Assembly: GCA_034416335.1 (NCBI GenBank)
Contig: DAOULV010000018.1
Coordinates: 38,788-102,787 of the forward strand
DNA from: Dehalococcoidales bacterium
GTDB taxonomy: Bacteria; Chloroflexota; Dehalococcoidia; Dehalococcoidales; UBA2162
Direction: 5' to 3'
Length of the DNA stretch: 64,000 nt
Of the stretch, positions 19,722 to 27,620 are shown in pieces. Under the pieces are notes generated by a model, which worked only from the letters and a program-made list of their open reading frames with translations, made no database searches and was not told the DNA's origin. Every line of letters starts with the position of its first letter. Within the stretch, counting starts at the first letter, position 1. The translations under genes and the position numbers were made by a program.

Positions 19722-20226
19722 CACTTTAGTTGTATTATTCAGAGGCTGCCAGGGTACTCGAAGAAGCTGCGTATTCTACTGGTAAGGTGCAAAAACAGGG
19801 TAAAACTGTTTCAGTGTACGCGAAGCGGTACTCACGCCACGGGGCTGTGAGGGACTGCAATCAGTCCGGGAACCGTTGAAGCGGGCGTTCCGTCGCCGTT
19901 CCGAAGAAATGTGTTTTTATCATGCCCTTCCACCGGTTTCCGGTGGTGTACGGACACTTTCGGGGCGGAGAAACGACATATTCATCCTTTACTGGACCGT
20001 ACCGGACTTTCCCGGTCCTCTCGTTGTCCGACGCCCTGAACCACTACCATAAGGGGTTAAGGGGGCAGTTGTCCGAAACAGACGCCCATCGTTGCCGCCT
20101 TTCCGATGCTATTTCCGGAAGCGTTTCCGGTTCTTCCGGCTTAGTGATCCCGGCGGTGAAGACCTCCCGGAGGGTTATGCGGCTACCCTCAAAACGTAAG
20201 GTTATTGTAAGGGAGAAGACGAGGAG

Positions 20227-20254
20227 ACGGCAAGGTTATTTTGTCGTTTTTTTT
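20227..20254 (+). terminator. Intrinsic terminator ending a ~530-nt non-coding plus-strand region
   Basis: Stem acggcaa / ttgtcgt (one G-U pair) with a 7-nt loop, followed by T8 at 20247-20254. Confidence 0.5.
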
Positions 20255-20394
20255 ATCTCTTCTAAGTTCAACGACAGGTTCATATTAGGTTTTTGTTTTT
20301 ATCTCTTCCCCTGTTACGAAAGACCCCCTTCTCTTATAAATAAAAGACGGGGGTTTTCGAAAATAGGCTTGTTTGATTTCAAGGATTTCCTATT

Positions 20395-20500
20395 AGTGGC
20401 ATGGGCGGTTGCCAGAGCGAGTGAGGGGTCGAGGGAAGGAATTGATATAGATTGCTACACTTTCCGCCTCGGGCGGATTGACGCCGAGTCTCGCAATGAC
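20395..20500. repeat. REP-like element (tatagattgc...gacgccgagtctcgcaatgac family)
   Basis: Near-identical to segments at 26017-26070 and 26262-26320. Confidence 0.7.
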
Positions 20501-20540
20501 AGCGAGGGCAACCGGGCGACGCCGTGGAGGGCTTTTGATG

Positions 20541-21167
20541 CTATTTCCCGGTGTCGAAGAGCCAATAGAACCGGGTAAGAACACGGGAGGTAGTCTTAGC
20601 TCCTTCGAACCAGGCTCCCCGAAGAGCCTGGTTCATGATCCTGGTCCTGGCGTCAGCGGTATTATTCAGCATGGAGATATCAAGGCTGGCAAGGGAGCTT
20701 TCGAGCCGAACCCGCGCGGAATCGAGTATCTGAGCCTGTATGCGGAGTTTTTCGAGGGCTATACCGGCGCATCTTTTCATTTCCGCACCGCGGGTGTACG
20801 GGCAGATACCGAGCAGGTAATCACGAATGGCGAAGGTCTCGGTAGTGACGGATTTGCGTTTCGGATCGCCCCGGTAGAGGAACTTGAATTCGTCGAGGCG
20901 GGCGGGCAGCACCTGGCGGAGGAACTCGCAGGTTTCGGAATACCATCGCTGGTAGGATGAGGAGAAGCGGCCACAGCGGCGGTTCCTCAGGTTCCGACCG
21001 GCGAGAGTGTCTTCCATATCGAGGCAGAGGTCCCGTGAAACCTCCACCAGCCTGTCCAGGTCCGCCTGTAACTTATCGCTGTTCGGGAAGGAGATATCGC
21101 GGGAATCCTCGGCGATACGTTTCAGTAATTCAAACGATTTACGAAACTCAGTATTTTTAGCGTCCAT
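20541..21167 (-). CDS. Hypothetical protein
   Basis: 208 aa ORF with host-like GC. No motif recognised. It lies downstream of, and co-directional with, the AT-rich defence island. Confidence 0.5.
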   Translation of the reverse strand: MDAKNTEFRKSFELLKRIAEDSRDISFPNSDKLQADLDRLVEVSRDLCLDMEDTLAGRNLRNRRCGRFSSSYQRWYSETCEFLRQVLPARLDEFKFLYRGDPKRKSVTTETFAIRDYLLGICPYTRGAEMKRCAGIALEKLRIQAQILDSARVRLESSLASLDISMLNNTADARTRIMNQALRGAWFEGAKTTSRVLTRFYWLFDTGK

Positions 21168-21343
21168 AAGAATAATAATAAAGCAGCGGGTGAGGAAGGT
21201 AAAGAGAGTTGTGTCGTTTGGTGCAGTTGATAACCGGGAAGCGATAGGGATTCTTGGGAGAGGGTGGGGAATCTTTACCTAAAAGTGTAATTGAGGTTGG
21301 TTTAACGAAGAAAGCGATATTTTCGCACCTGAATCAAAAAAAG

Positions 21344-21709
21344 TTAAGATAATTTCTTCTTTAAATTATTCCAAGTCCACGCTACTACCTCTCCAGCACC
21401 TTCGATCCTCTGAGGATTATGTCTTTTCTCGCGAAGTTGGAATCTTCTTTTGTTCAATTGTCGAGCCATTTTGACTTCGCGCAATACACCAGTGGCTTGG
21501 TGTGTGTTTTCTCTTAATAGAACAACAAACACGTTGCAGTTATTAATCGCCTCTCTTGCTCTTTGTTGCCAATTTGGTATTCGACCTTCTAGTGACATAT
21601 CTTTTACAGAAAACGGTGAATCTTGTCGTTCGGATTGAGCAATAAAATTGTTTTTCATGTCTAGATCATGTTCGTAATCGAAACTCAAAAATACTTTGGT
21701 TTTTGACAT
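21344..21709 (-). CDS. TIR-like protein (DUF1863 / ThsB-like)
   Basis: Start taken at the internal ATG (MSKTKVFLSFDYEHD...). The FLSFDYE N-terminal strand, the NCNVFVVLL strand and the GVLREVKMA helix with a conserved Glu match the ThsB/MTH538 TIR-like pattern. AT-rich. Confidence 0.7.
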   Translation of the reverse strand: MSKTKVFLSFDYEHDLDMKNNFIAQSERQDSPFSVKDMSLEGRIPNWQQRAREAINNCNVFVVLLRENTHQATGVLREVKMARQLNKRRFQLREKRHNPQRIEGAGEVVAWTWNNLKKKLS

Positions 21710-21734
21710 CTTAATTAATGAATGATTAGTTAAT

Positions 21735-22628
21735 CTATGGGGTATCCCTCCTAGCTCTCCATTGTGTATGTTCTCTTGAAAATGCGTTTTCAGCATCACC
21801 TACAAATTTTGAAAATTCTTTTTCATCTTTGATTTCCGAATGCGCCGCTCGTACAATACTAATCTCATGGGCTGTAAAAATGTATGAAGTAGCCAAATCT
21901 TGAAAACGTTTTGCTTGTATCCAAGCTACAACAGATGCTGCTAATGTTGAGAATATACCTGTGGGGTAATATAGCCATTCAGGAACAAAGATTCTTATAA
22001 TAGCAGAAGATATCGCACATATCTGAAAAGCGATCATGACATAGAACCAAATATTGCCTCTATGTTTATTTTTAGAAGACGTGTTCGTATACCAAGCTCT
22101 TTGATGGTCAATTCTATTAGTAAGATAGATGTTTTTTCTTTGTTCAAAATCAAGTTCTCTGATATAATCCATAGATTCAGTTATTTGTTCACGGTCAGAA
22201 GAACCGTTATTGAAATATTTACAAATATCGCTTACTTCTCCGAGTATTCTTTTTAATTCGCTTAATAATAGTGCTCTTGCCGTATCATCATCATACGGTT
22301 CTGCTTTCATCATATATCTCCAGCAAATAGTTTTTATTGATTCAGTAGCAGACCTGGCAAGATACCACAATCTGTCATATCTTTTTAACACTAGTATATA
22401 AGAATATATAGGTACGATTAGCAGTATAGTAGCTGTGATTATAGACAAGGTTATTACATCACTAGGGAAGATAGAGAATATGGCTGCTAACGATAGTAAA
22501 ATCAGGATGGAACCTATCCCGATATAATGGTATCTTTGTGTAATCTTTGAAACATGACTAGTTTCTTTATATAAGGCTGGATATACTGAAGAATCTAATT
22601 TCAAATCATTCATGTTCATTCTTCTCAA
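21735..22628 (-). CDS. Double SLATT / DUF4231-like 4-TM membrane protein (putative effector)
   Basis: 297 aa. Two 2-TM hairpins (about aa 35-85 and 195-245) are each followed by an amphipathic helix (W..ARSATESIK..WRY and RFQDLATSYIFTAHEI). The start overlaps the upstream gene's stop (ATGAATGA). Alternative ATG starts at 22619 and 22613. Confidence 0.65.
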   Translation of the reverse strand: MRRMNMNDLKLDSSVYPALYKETSHVSKITQRYHYIGIGSILILLSLAAIFSIFPSDVITLSIITATILLIVPIYSYILVLKRYDRLWYLARSATESIKTICWRYMMKAEPYDDDTARALLLSELKRILGEVSDICKYFNNGSSDREQITESMDYIRELDFEQRKNIYLTNRIDHQRAWYTNTSSKNKHRGNIWFYVMIAFQICAISSAIIRIFVPEWLYYPTGIFSTLAASVVAWIQAKRFQDLATSYIFTAHEISIVRAAHSEIKDEKEFSKFVGDAENAFSREHTQWRARRDTP

Positions 22629-24738
22629 ATAATATTACATCATAATTTTCTTTTAATTCTGTAGAAGCCTTTTGGCGAAAACAGGAAATCACCTCATTGG
22701 CAAAATTGAACAAGGTTTTAGTTATTTCAGTACAGCTATATTCAGGAGAATATATAAATAGATCAGGAAAATTTACAGCGAGATATTCTAAAGGTGTGTG
22801 TAATAAGTTATGTGAAAAGCGTAACAGATCTGCTATCTTAACCATTGTTTCAAGTGTTCGCTCAGGTAATCTATAAAATGAGGGCGATTCGAAAATATTA
22901 AATATGTCTATTAAACATTCATCATATTTATTGGGAGTTTTCCCCATACAAAGAGCAACTCGCCTTATAATGCATGGAAGGCAATCTCCATCGTGAATAC
23001 CTTGATAATCAAAGATATCTAACCTCTTGGCTAATATTTTTACTCTAGAGTAGTTATAACATGAACTTGTAAATGGAATAATAACTCTAGATAATCTTTT
23101 GTTTGCAATATATTTAACGATTTGACCTTTAGTTTTATATTTATAAGGATTCGAGATTGAAATATTAAGGTCAAATACCGAATTTATAGTAGATTGATAC
23201 GTTTCAATGAATTTAGGGTGAACAGTATGGGTGTTTACATGAGATTCTGACATAAGTGGATTAATAGCTATGGGTCCATTCTCAAACATAAATATATTAG
23301 TATTTCCTACCTCGACTGAGACTGCATAAGCTATTGATAAATAAAAGAATGACCTTAAATGTTGGAGAAATAAATCTCTATGGTAACCTTTTAACTTATA
23401 GGAACCCTTCTTCTTCCTTGAAGGTTGCCAAGATACTTTCAAATGAGGTAGATCTGTATTCATTACATGGTTCATCTGGTCTAATAACCTTGTCTGAATC
23501 CCTGATAAATTACCGGAGGCATAACTAATTAGACTAGGTGAATATCCTTTACTTATTGCCCATATTATTCCAGCAGCGCTATCTATGCCGCCTGAAAATA
23601 GGCAACTGCATCCATTTTCCACTTTAGTGAATTTGATATTTTCAACTTTCGGTTCGTTATTAGCGGAAAAATATAGATTAATAGTATCTCTTGAGAGATA
23701 CGATATTGTTTTTGATAACGATGATTTTTGACTTTGCCAAATTTCCGGGTGACGAACTGGTATATATACATCAAGTTCTCGATAATAGTCAATATCCCTG
23801 TCTATGTATAAATCAGATATATATATAACAAAAGCTATCTCTAATAAATCACGCGTTAGGGAGTTTAAGGGGTGTCCTACGAAAGATTCAATATCTGATA
23901 AATCGAATGATACGTTTTTATCTTTGCCATTGAGGATTATTCTAATGGCGTTATCATCTACAATATAATCTTCGGAAAGTTTTTTTATAGGAATTTTCCC
24001 AACGATAACATTAATTCTAGTTTTTTGATTTCTTTTTCCTGAATTATCATCACGCCAACTAAGGAAAGGGAGTTTCTCCTTAAATCCAGTAGAAATTCGT
24101 TTAATTTTCGAGTTAATGCGACCTTTTGCTTGAGAATCAATGAAATATGGTACAAGTGATTTGGCTATATCATTACATTTACTAAATATAGCTTGTCTTA
24201 AAATATTTTGTTCATCTGTACTAACAAGTTTACCGTTAAGGAATTGGTATGAATATCCGAAATCCGTGCTGCCCTGAGATTTCCCACGAAGAATAGTCAT
24301 ACTTTGGTTAAAAAGAAAGTATGAAAGGAAAGTTTCAAATATAGTGGTTAGATTAATGTCTTTAGATAATGAATAAATCTCTTTAATAAACTGAATATTA
24401 CTAAAATTTTGTCCCTGTTTATCAGGGAATAATCTGGGGGAATCTAATAGTGTTAATGATATTGTTTGCTTAAAAGATCGTTCAATAATGTCACCAAGAG
24501 GAAATGTATATAGACTTGGATTATCTCTGGTAACGATATCATATATTAAATCGGAGAACGAATAAGGCTCGAGTTTAATTTCATCAGAGAAATCATCTTC
24601 ATTAACAAATGCAGAAAAACGTTCTTCGTGTAAACAGCGCAGTAAAGCATTTAAACTTACGGCACATATATATAATTTTTTGGAAGTATCATTTATCTTA
24701 TATGAAGCAAAAGCTTGTGTTAGCAAATAATCAATCAT
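22606..24738 (-). CDS. Large QueC-like PP-loop ATP-pyrophosphatase fusion protein (N-terminal ~290 aa unknown)
   Basis: 710 aa. PP-loop LFSGGIDS at aa 380-387 (plus 23578-23595). The pre-PP-loop segment DLLEIAFVIYISD..IPV is similar to QatC-type proteins. C-terminal Cys cluster C560/C586xxC589/C597. Confidence 0.7.
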   Translation of the reverse strand: MIDYLLTQAFASYKINDTSKKLYICAVSLNALLRCLHEERFSAFVNEDDFSDEIKLEPYSFSDLIYDIVTRDNPSLYTFPLGDIIERSFKQTISLTLLDSPRLFPDKQGQNFSNIQFIKEIYSLSKDINLTTIFETFLSYFLFNQSMTILRGKSQGSTDFGYSYQFLNGKLVSTDEQNILRQAIFSKCNDIAKSLVPYFIDSQAKGRINSKIKRISTGFKEKLPFLSWRDDNSGKRNQKTRINVIVGKIPIKKLSEDYIVDDNAIRIILNGKDKNVSFDLSDIESFVGHPLNSLTRDLLEIAFVIYISDLYIDRDIDYYRELDVYIPVRHPEIWQSQKSSLSKTISYLSRDTINLYFSANNEPKVENIKFTKVENGCSCLFSGGIDSAAGIIWAISKGYSPSLISYASGNLSGIQTRLLDQMNHVMNTDLPHLKVSWQPSRKKKGSYKLKGYHRDLFLQHLRSFFYLSIAYAVSVEVGNTNIFMFENGPIAINPLMSESHVNTHTVHPKFIETYQSTINSVFDLNISISNPYKYKTKGQIVKYIANKRLSRVIIPFTSSCYNYSRVKILAKRLDIFDYQGIHDGDCLPCIIRRVALCMGKTPNKYDECLIDIFNIFESPSFYRLPERTLETMVKIADLLRFSHNLLHTPLEYLAVNFPDLFIYSPEYSCTEITKTLFNFANEVISCFRQKASTELKENYDVILFEKNEHE

Positions 24739-24780
24739 AAGGCAATCCTAAAATATTGAAAATGGATTATCGGGGTATGT

Positions 24781-25389
24781 CTAGCCACTTACTCCACGCC
24801 TTCTCTCAATTTGTTTTGTCCTTTTACTTAAGACTTTAGCAAATTCTGCATCGGGGTCTTCTAACCAATCTTGTAAAGCAGCAAAGTCAGGATTGTAAGC
24901 GATGTCTTCTTGCCACGATTCCTGTGTAGTAAAAGGACCTTCGGAAGCTAGTTTATAGTATTCACTTATTGTATTTTCCGAATTTGATTTGGGTTTTCTT
25001 ATAGCATTGACTATATTCTTAGTATTCCATTTTACCTGGTGGTTAAAAACCTGTAGTTCTCGTGGTAGTCTTTGCGATCCATGTGGACTTACTACAATTA
25101 TGTTTTTATCCATCTCAAGTGCAATTTCTATTTCTTTATGAATCCATTTACGATGTTTGGTATACATACCAGCGATAATTAAAACAGATTTAGCAGGACG
25201 TATTTGCCTTCTTAAAGAAGCTTCGAGTTGTGATTCACTCTTCCTAGCGAACCTACGATCTTGGGGGACACTATAATTCCGAAATTTAAAACGCTTGTGA
25301 TCTGATAACAATTCAGAAAGGCGTTCGTAATCACTACTACGACTCCATACATGACTTATGAAAATAGGATAACTTTTTAACTTTGGCAT
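24781..25389 (-). CDS. TIR-like protein (DUF1863 / ThsB-like) with C-terminal extension
   Basis: 202 aa. YPIFISHVW..DY N-terminal strand, the SVLIIAG strand, and WIHKEIEIA with a conserved Glu. First gene of the operon. Confidence 0.7.
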   Translation of the reverse strand: MPKLKSYPIFISHVWSRSSDYERLSELLSDHKRFKFRNYSVPQDRRFARKSESQLEASLRRQIRPAKSVLIIAGMYTKHRKWIHKEIEIALEMDKNIIVVSPHGSQRLPRELQVFNHQVKWNTKNIVNAIRKPKSNSENTISEYYKLASEGPFTTQESWQEDIAYNPDFAALQDWLEDPDAEFAKVLSKRTKQIERRRGVSG

Positions 25390-25418
25390 ATAATATTCTT
25401 GTATGATTATTTATGGGA

Positions 25419-25447
25419 ATAATAATGCTCATATACAAATTTGTCAA
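25419..25447 (-). promoter_or_regulatory. Sigma70-type promoter of the TIR/QueC-like/SLATT/TIR operon
   Basis: The minus strand reads TTGACA (25447-25442), a 17-nt spacer, then TATTAT (25424-25419). This is about 30 nt upstream of the ATG at 25389. Confidence 0.45.
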
Positions 25448-25754
25448 CATATTAAAATAGTCGCGTACTTAAGAGATAAATTGCTAACCGGTTTGGAATA
25501 ACGGCTAACATTCTACGGACATTCATACACGAAATACAAGTCAGTAATGATCTGACCGTTATCAACCCATCCCTTTTCCGTCTCTCCCGATTTTCATGCG
25601 GGATATGGTCTTTCCCTTGATAAGGGAAGGGAGAGACTTACAAATAGAACTCGTATTTAGTTGCGGCGATTACTGTTATTATAATTCCGTTCGCCCCCGT
25701 ATCAAGTACGGGGCAGGTTCTGAGCTTGTCGAAGGGCGCCGTTGTGGTTCGACA

Positions 25755-25912
25755 GGCTCACCACGAACGGCTGACTATGGACGGCTCACCACGAATGGCT
25801 AACTATGGACGGTTCATCACGAACGGCTAACTATGGACGGCTCACCACGAACGGCTAACTATGGACGGTTCATCACGAACGGCTGACTATGGACGGTTCA
25901 TCACGAACGGCT
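25755..25912. repeat. 28-bp tandem repeat, about 5.6 copies
   Basis: ggctcaccacgaacggctRactatggac repeats with an exact 28-bp period (unit starts at 25755, 25783, 25811, 25839, 25867, 25895). There are no spacers. Confidence 0.9.
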
Positions 25913-26009
25913 TGATTATCATACTTTTCTGTGCAACCAGGTACTCGTGCCGGTAAAATTCCACTTATTGATGGTATGGGGCGGTCGCCAGGGCAAGCAA
26001 GAGGTCGAG

Positions 26010-26445
26010 GGAAGGAATTTATATAGATTGCCACGTCTCGGCTATTGACGCCGAGTCTCGCAATGACAGTGGGGAACGGATTGGCATCCGCCTGCGGCGG
26101 ACCTGTTGACGGCGGACCTCGCAATGACCCGCCTATGCCAACCCACCTACGTTAAAACTTCGGCGGACAAGGGCTTCGGCGGGCAGGCAGGAGATGGGTT
26201 CATCCTTCGACAAGCTCAGGACGAACGGGATAAAGTGTAGTCTCGCAATGACTTGAGGGTGTTATTTATAGAGATTGCCACGTCTCGGCTATTGACGCCG
26301 AGTCTCGCAATGACAGTGGGGAACGGATTGGCATCCGCCTGCGGCGGACCTGTTGGCGGCGGACCTCGCAATGACCCGCCTGCGTCAGGGCTTCGGCGGG
26401 CAGGCAGGAGATGGGTTCATCCTTCGACAGGCTCAGGACGAACGG
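26010..26445. repeat. Segmental duplication of composite REP elements (about 115 bp core x2)
   Basis: 26017-26135 and 26262-26385 are near-identical (tatagattgccacgtctcggctattgacgccgagtctcgcaatgacagtggggaacgg...). Both are followed by gggcttcggcgggcaggcaggagatgggttcatccttcgaca. Confidence 0.85.
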
Positions 26446-26825
26446 GAGAGGGTCAGGGTGAGGGGGCTAGGCGCAAATCGTTACTTTTCACCCTCACCTA
26501 ACCTCTCCCGTCAAGGGAGAGGAATGTCCTGATTGATATTAAGTGATGTTGATCGGAGGTTTCTTATCAAGGGAGAGGGTCAGGGTGAGGGGGCTAGGCG
26601 CAAATCGTTGTTTTTCACCCTCACCTAACCTCTCCCGTCAAGGGAGAGGAATATCCTGGTCGATATTAAGAGATGTTAATCAGAGGTTTTTTATCAAGGG
26701 AGAGGGTCAGGGTGAGGGGCTAGGCGCAAATCGTTACTTTTCACCCTCACCTAACCTCTCCCGTCAAGGGAGAGGAATGACTTGATCAATAGAGGGAGAG
26801 GAATATCCTGATAGATATTCGAGTT
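26444..26825. repeat. 127-bp tandem repeat x3, each unit a nested hairpin element
   Basis: gggagagggtcagggtgaggg starts at 26444, 26571 and 26698. Each unit contains the palindromes gggtgaggg..caccctcacc and cctctcccgtcaagggagagg. Confidence 0.9.
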
Positions 26826-26843
26826 TAGAGCTTCTCGACCATT

Positions 26844-27485
26844 TCAGGATGTAAGCCAGACGATATCACCGCATAAATCGGATCCGTGGGATTTCGAAGC
26901 GAATACGGCATACTTGTCCTTTTCTTGTTTCAGTACCGTAGACTCACCGTGCCCCGGAAATATCTGTGTATCGTCGGGCAGACTGAAAATCTTTGTAGCT
27001 ATGGACTCTATTATCTGTTTGAGAGCCTCAGGTGACATCGTTTTCCCGGGCCCGTCTTTGAAAATAGTATCTCCGGCAAGCAGGTATCCGTCAACATAGA
27101 AACACAGGCAGCCGGGAGTATGCCCCGGCGTGTGCAAGACCTTGATTTCAAGGTTTCCGATAGAAAGGACATCTCCATCCGAAAGAAACATGTCCGCTTT
27201 GACCGGCAGGTTCCCGGCGTCGGCTTCGTGAGCGGCTACCGGTACACTCAGTTTTGAACGCAATTCGGACAGGGCGCCGGTATGGTCCATGTGATTATGG
27301 GTCATAAGTATGTGCCTGGCGTCGGTACCGCTCAACGCTTTAGTTACCGTATCCGCTTCGCCCGGTGCATCGATAACCGCACTCTCTTTCGTCTCAAGAC
27401 AGGTTAAAATATAAGTGTTCGTTCCGAACGGTCCGAGCGACAGCTTCTCAATCTGCAGGTTGTCATCCCTGGCTGCAATCGTCAT
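26844..27485 (-). CDS. MBL-fold metallo-hydrolase (glyoxalase II-like)
   Basis: 213 aa. Contains the THNHMDHTG (HxHxDH) motif and a later HTPGHTPG. Confidence 0.85.
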   Translation of the reverse strand: MTIAARDDNLQIEKLSLGPFGTNTYILTCLETKESAVIDAPGEADTVTKALSGTDARHILMTHNHMDHTGALSELRSKLSVPVAAHEADAGNLPVKADMFLSDGDVLSIGNLEIKVLHTPGHTPGCLCFYVDGYLLAGDTIFKDGPGKTMSPEALKQIIESIATKIFSLPDDTQIFPGHGESTVLKQEKDKYAVFASKSHGSDLCGDIVWLTS

Positions 27486-27620
27486 TTTTCTCCTCCAGCG
27501 CTTGATTTCTGATACGTTTTGGTATTATACCACGTAATAATAATATAGCCGGAAATACCGGCGATATGGTTGACTCAGCCTGCTATAATATAGGCTAACC
27601 GGTTACTCCAAAGTAATATT

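Noticed and set aside
19722-20254. RNase P RNA or tmRNA
   Set aside because: - The minus strand contains an exact GGAAAGUCCGG (plus 20002-20012), and GAUGAAU lies about 20 nt later.
- The other RNase P conserved regions (ACAGAACCCGGCUUA, GGUAA..) are absent or in the wrong order.
- The plus-strand GGGGCUG start has no tRNA-like 3' end or CCA for a tmRNA.
19922-20578. 218-aa ORF in the track
   Set aside because: - Its composition is Arg/Ser/Gly/Phe-rich and not protein-like.
- It spans a hairpin-rich region, a terminator and a REP element.
- No RBS is present.
20541-21167. 208-aa protein as a fifth component of the defence operon
   Set aside because: - It is co-directional and downstream.
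- However, its GC content is host-like, it is separated by a ~175-bp gap, and no defence-related motif is recognisable.
- It is kept as a hypothetical protein, and linkage is left open.
25755-25912. Possible CRISPR array (regular 28-bp repeats)
   Set aside because: The units are directly adjacent with no unique spacers. No cas genes or leader are nearby. This is a simple tandem repeat.
26444-26825. Possible CRISPR-like or protein-coding repeat (track ORFs 26253-26501 and 26543-26785)
   Set aside because: The 127-bp units are near-identical throughout, with no spacers. The ORFs only translate palindromic REP DNA (SPSPNLSRQGRG-type peptides) and lack an RBS and sensible composition.
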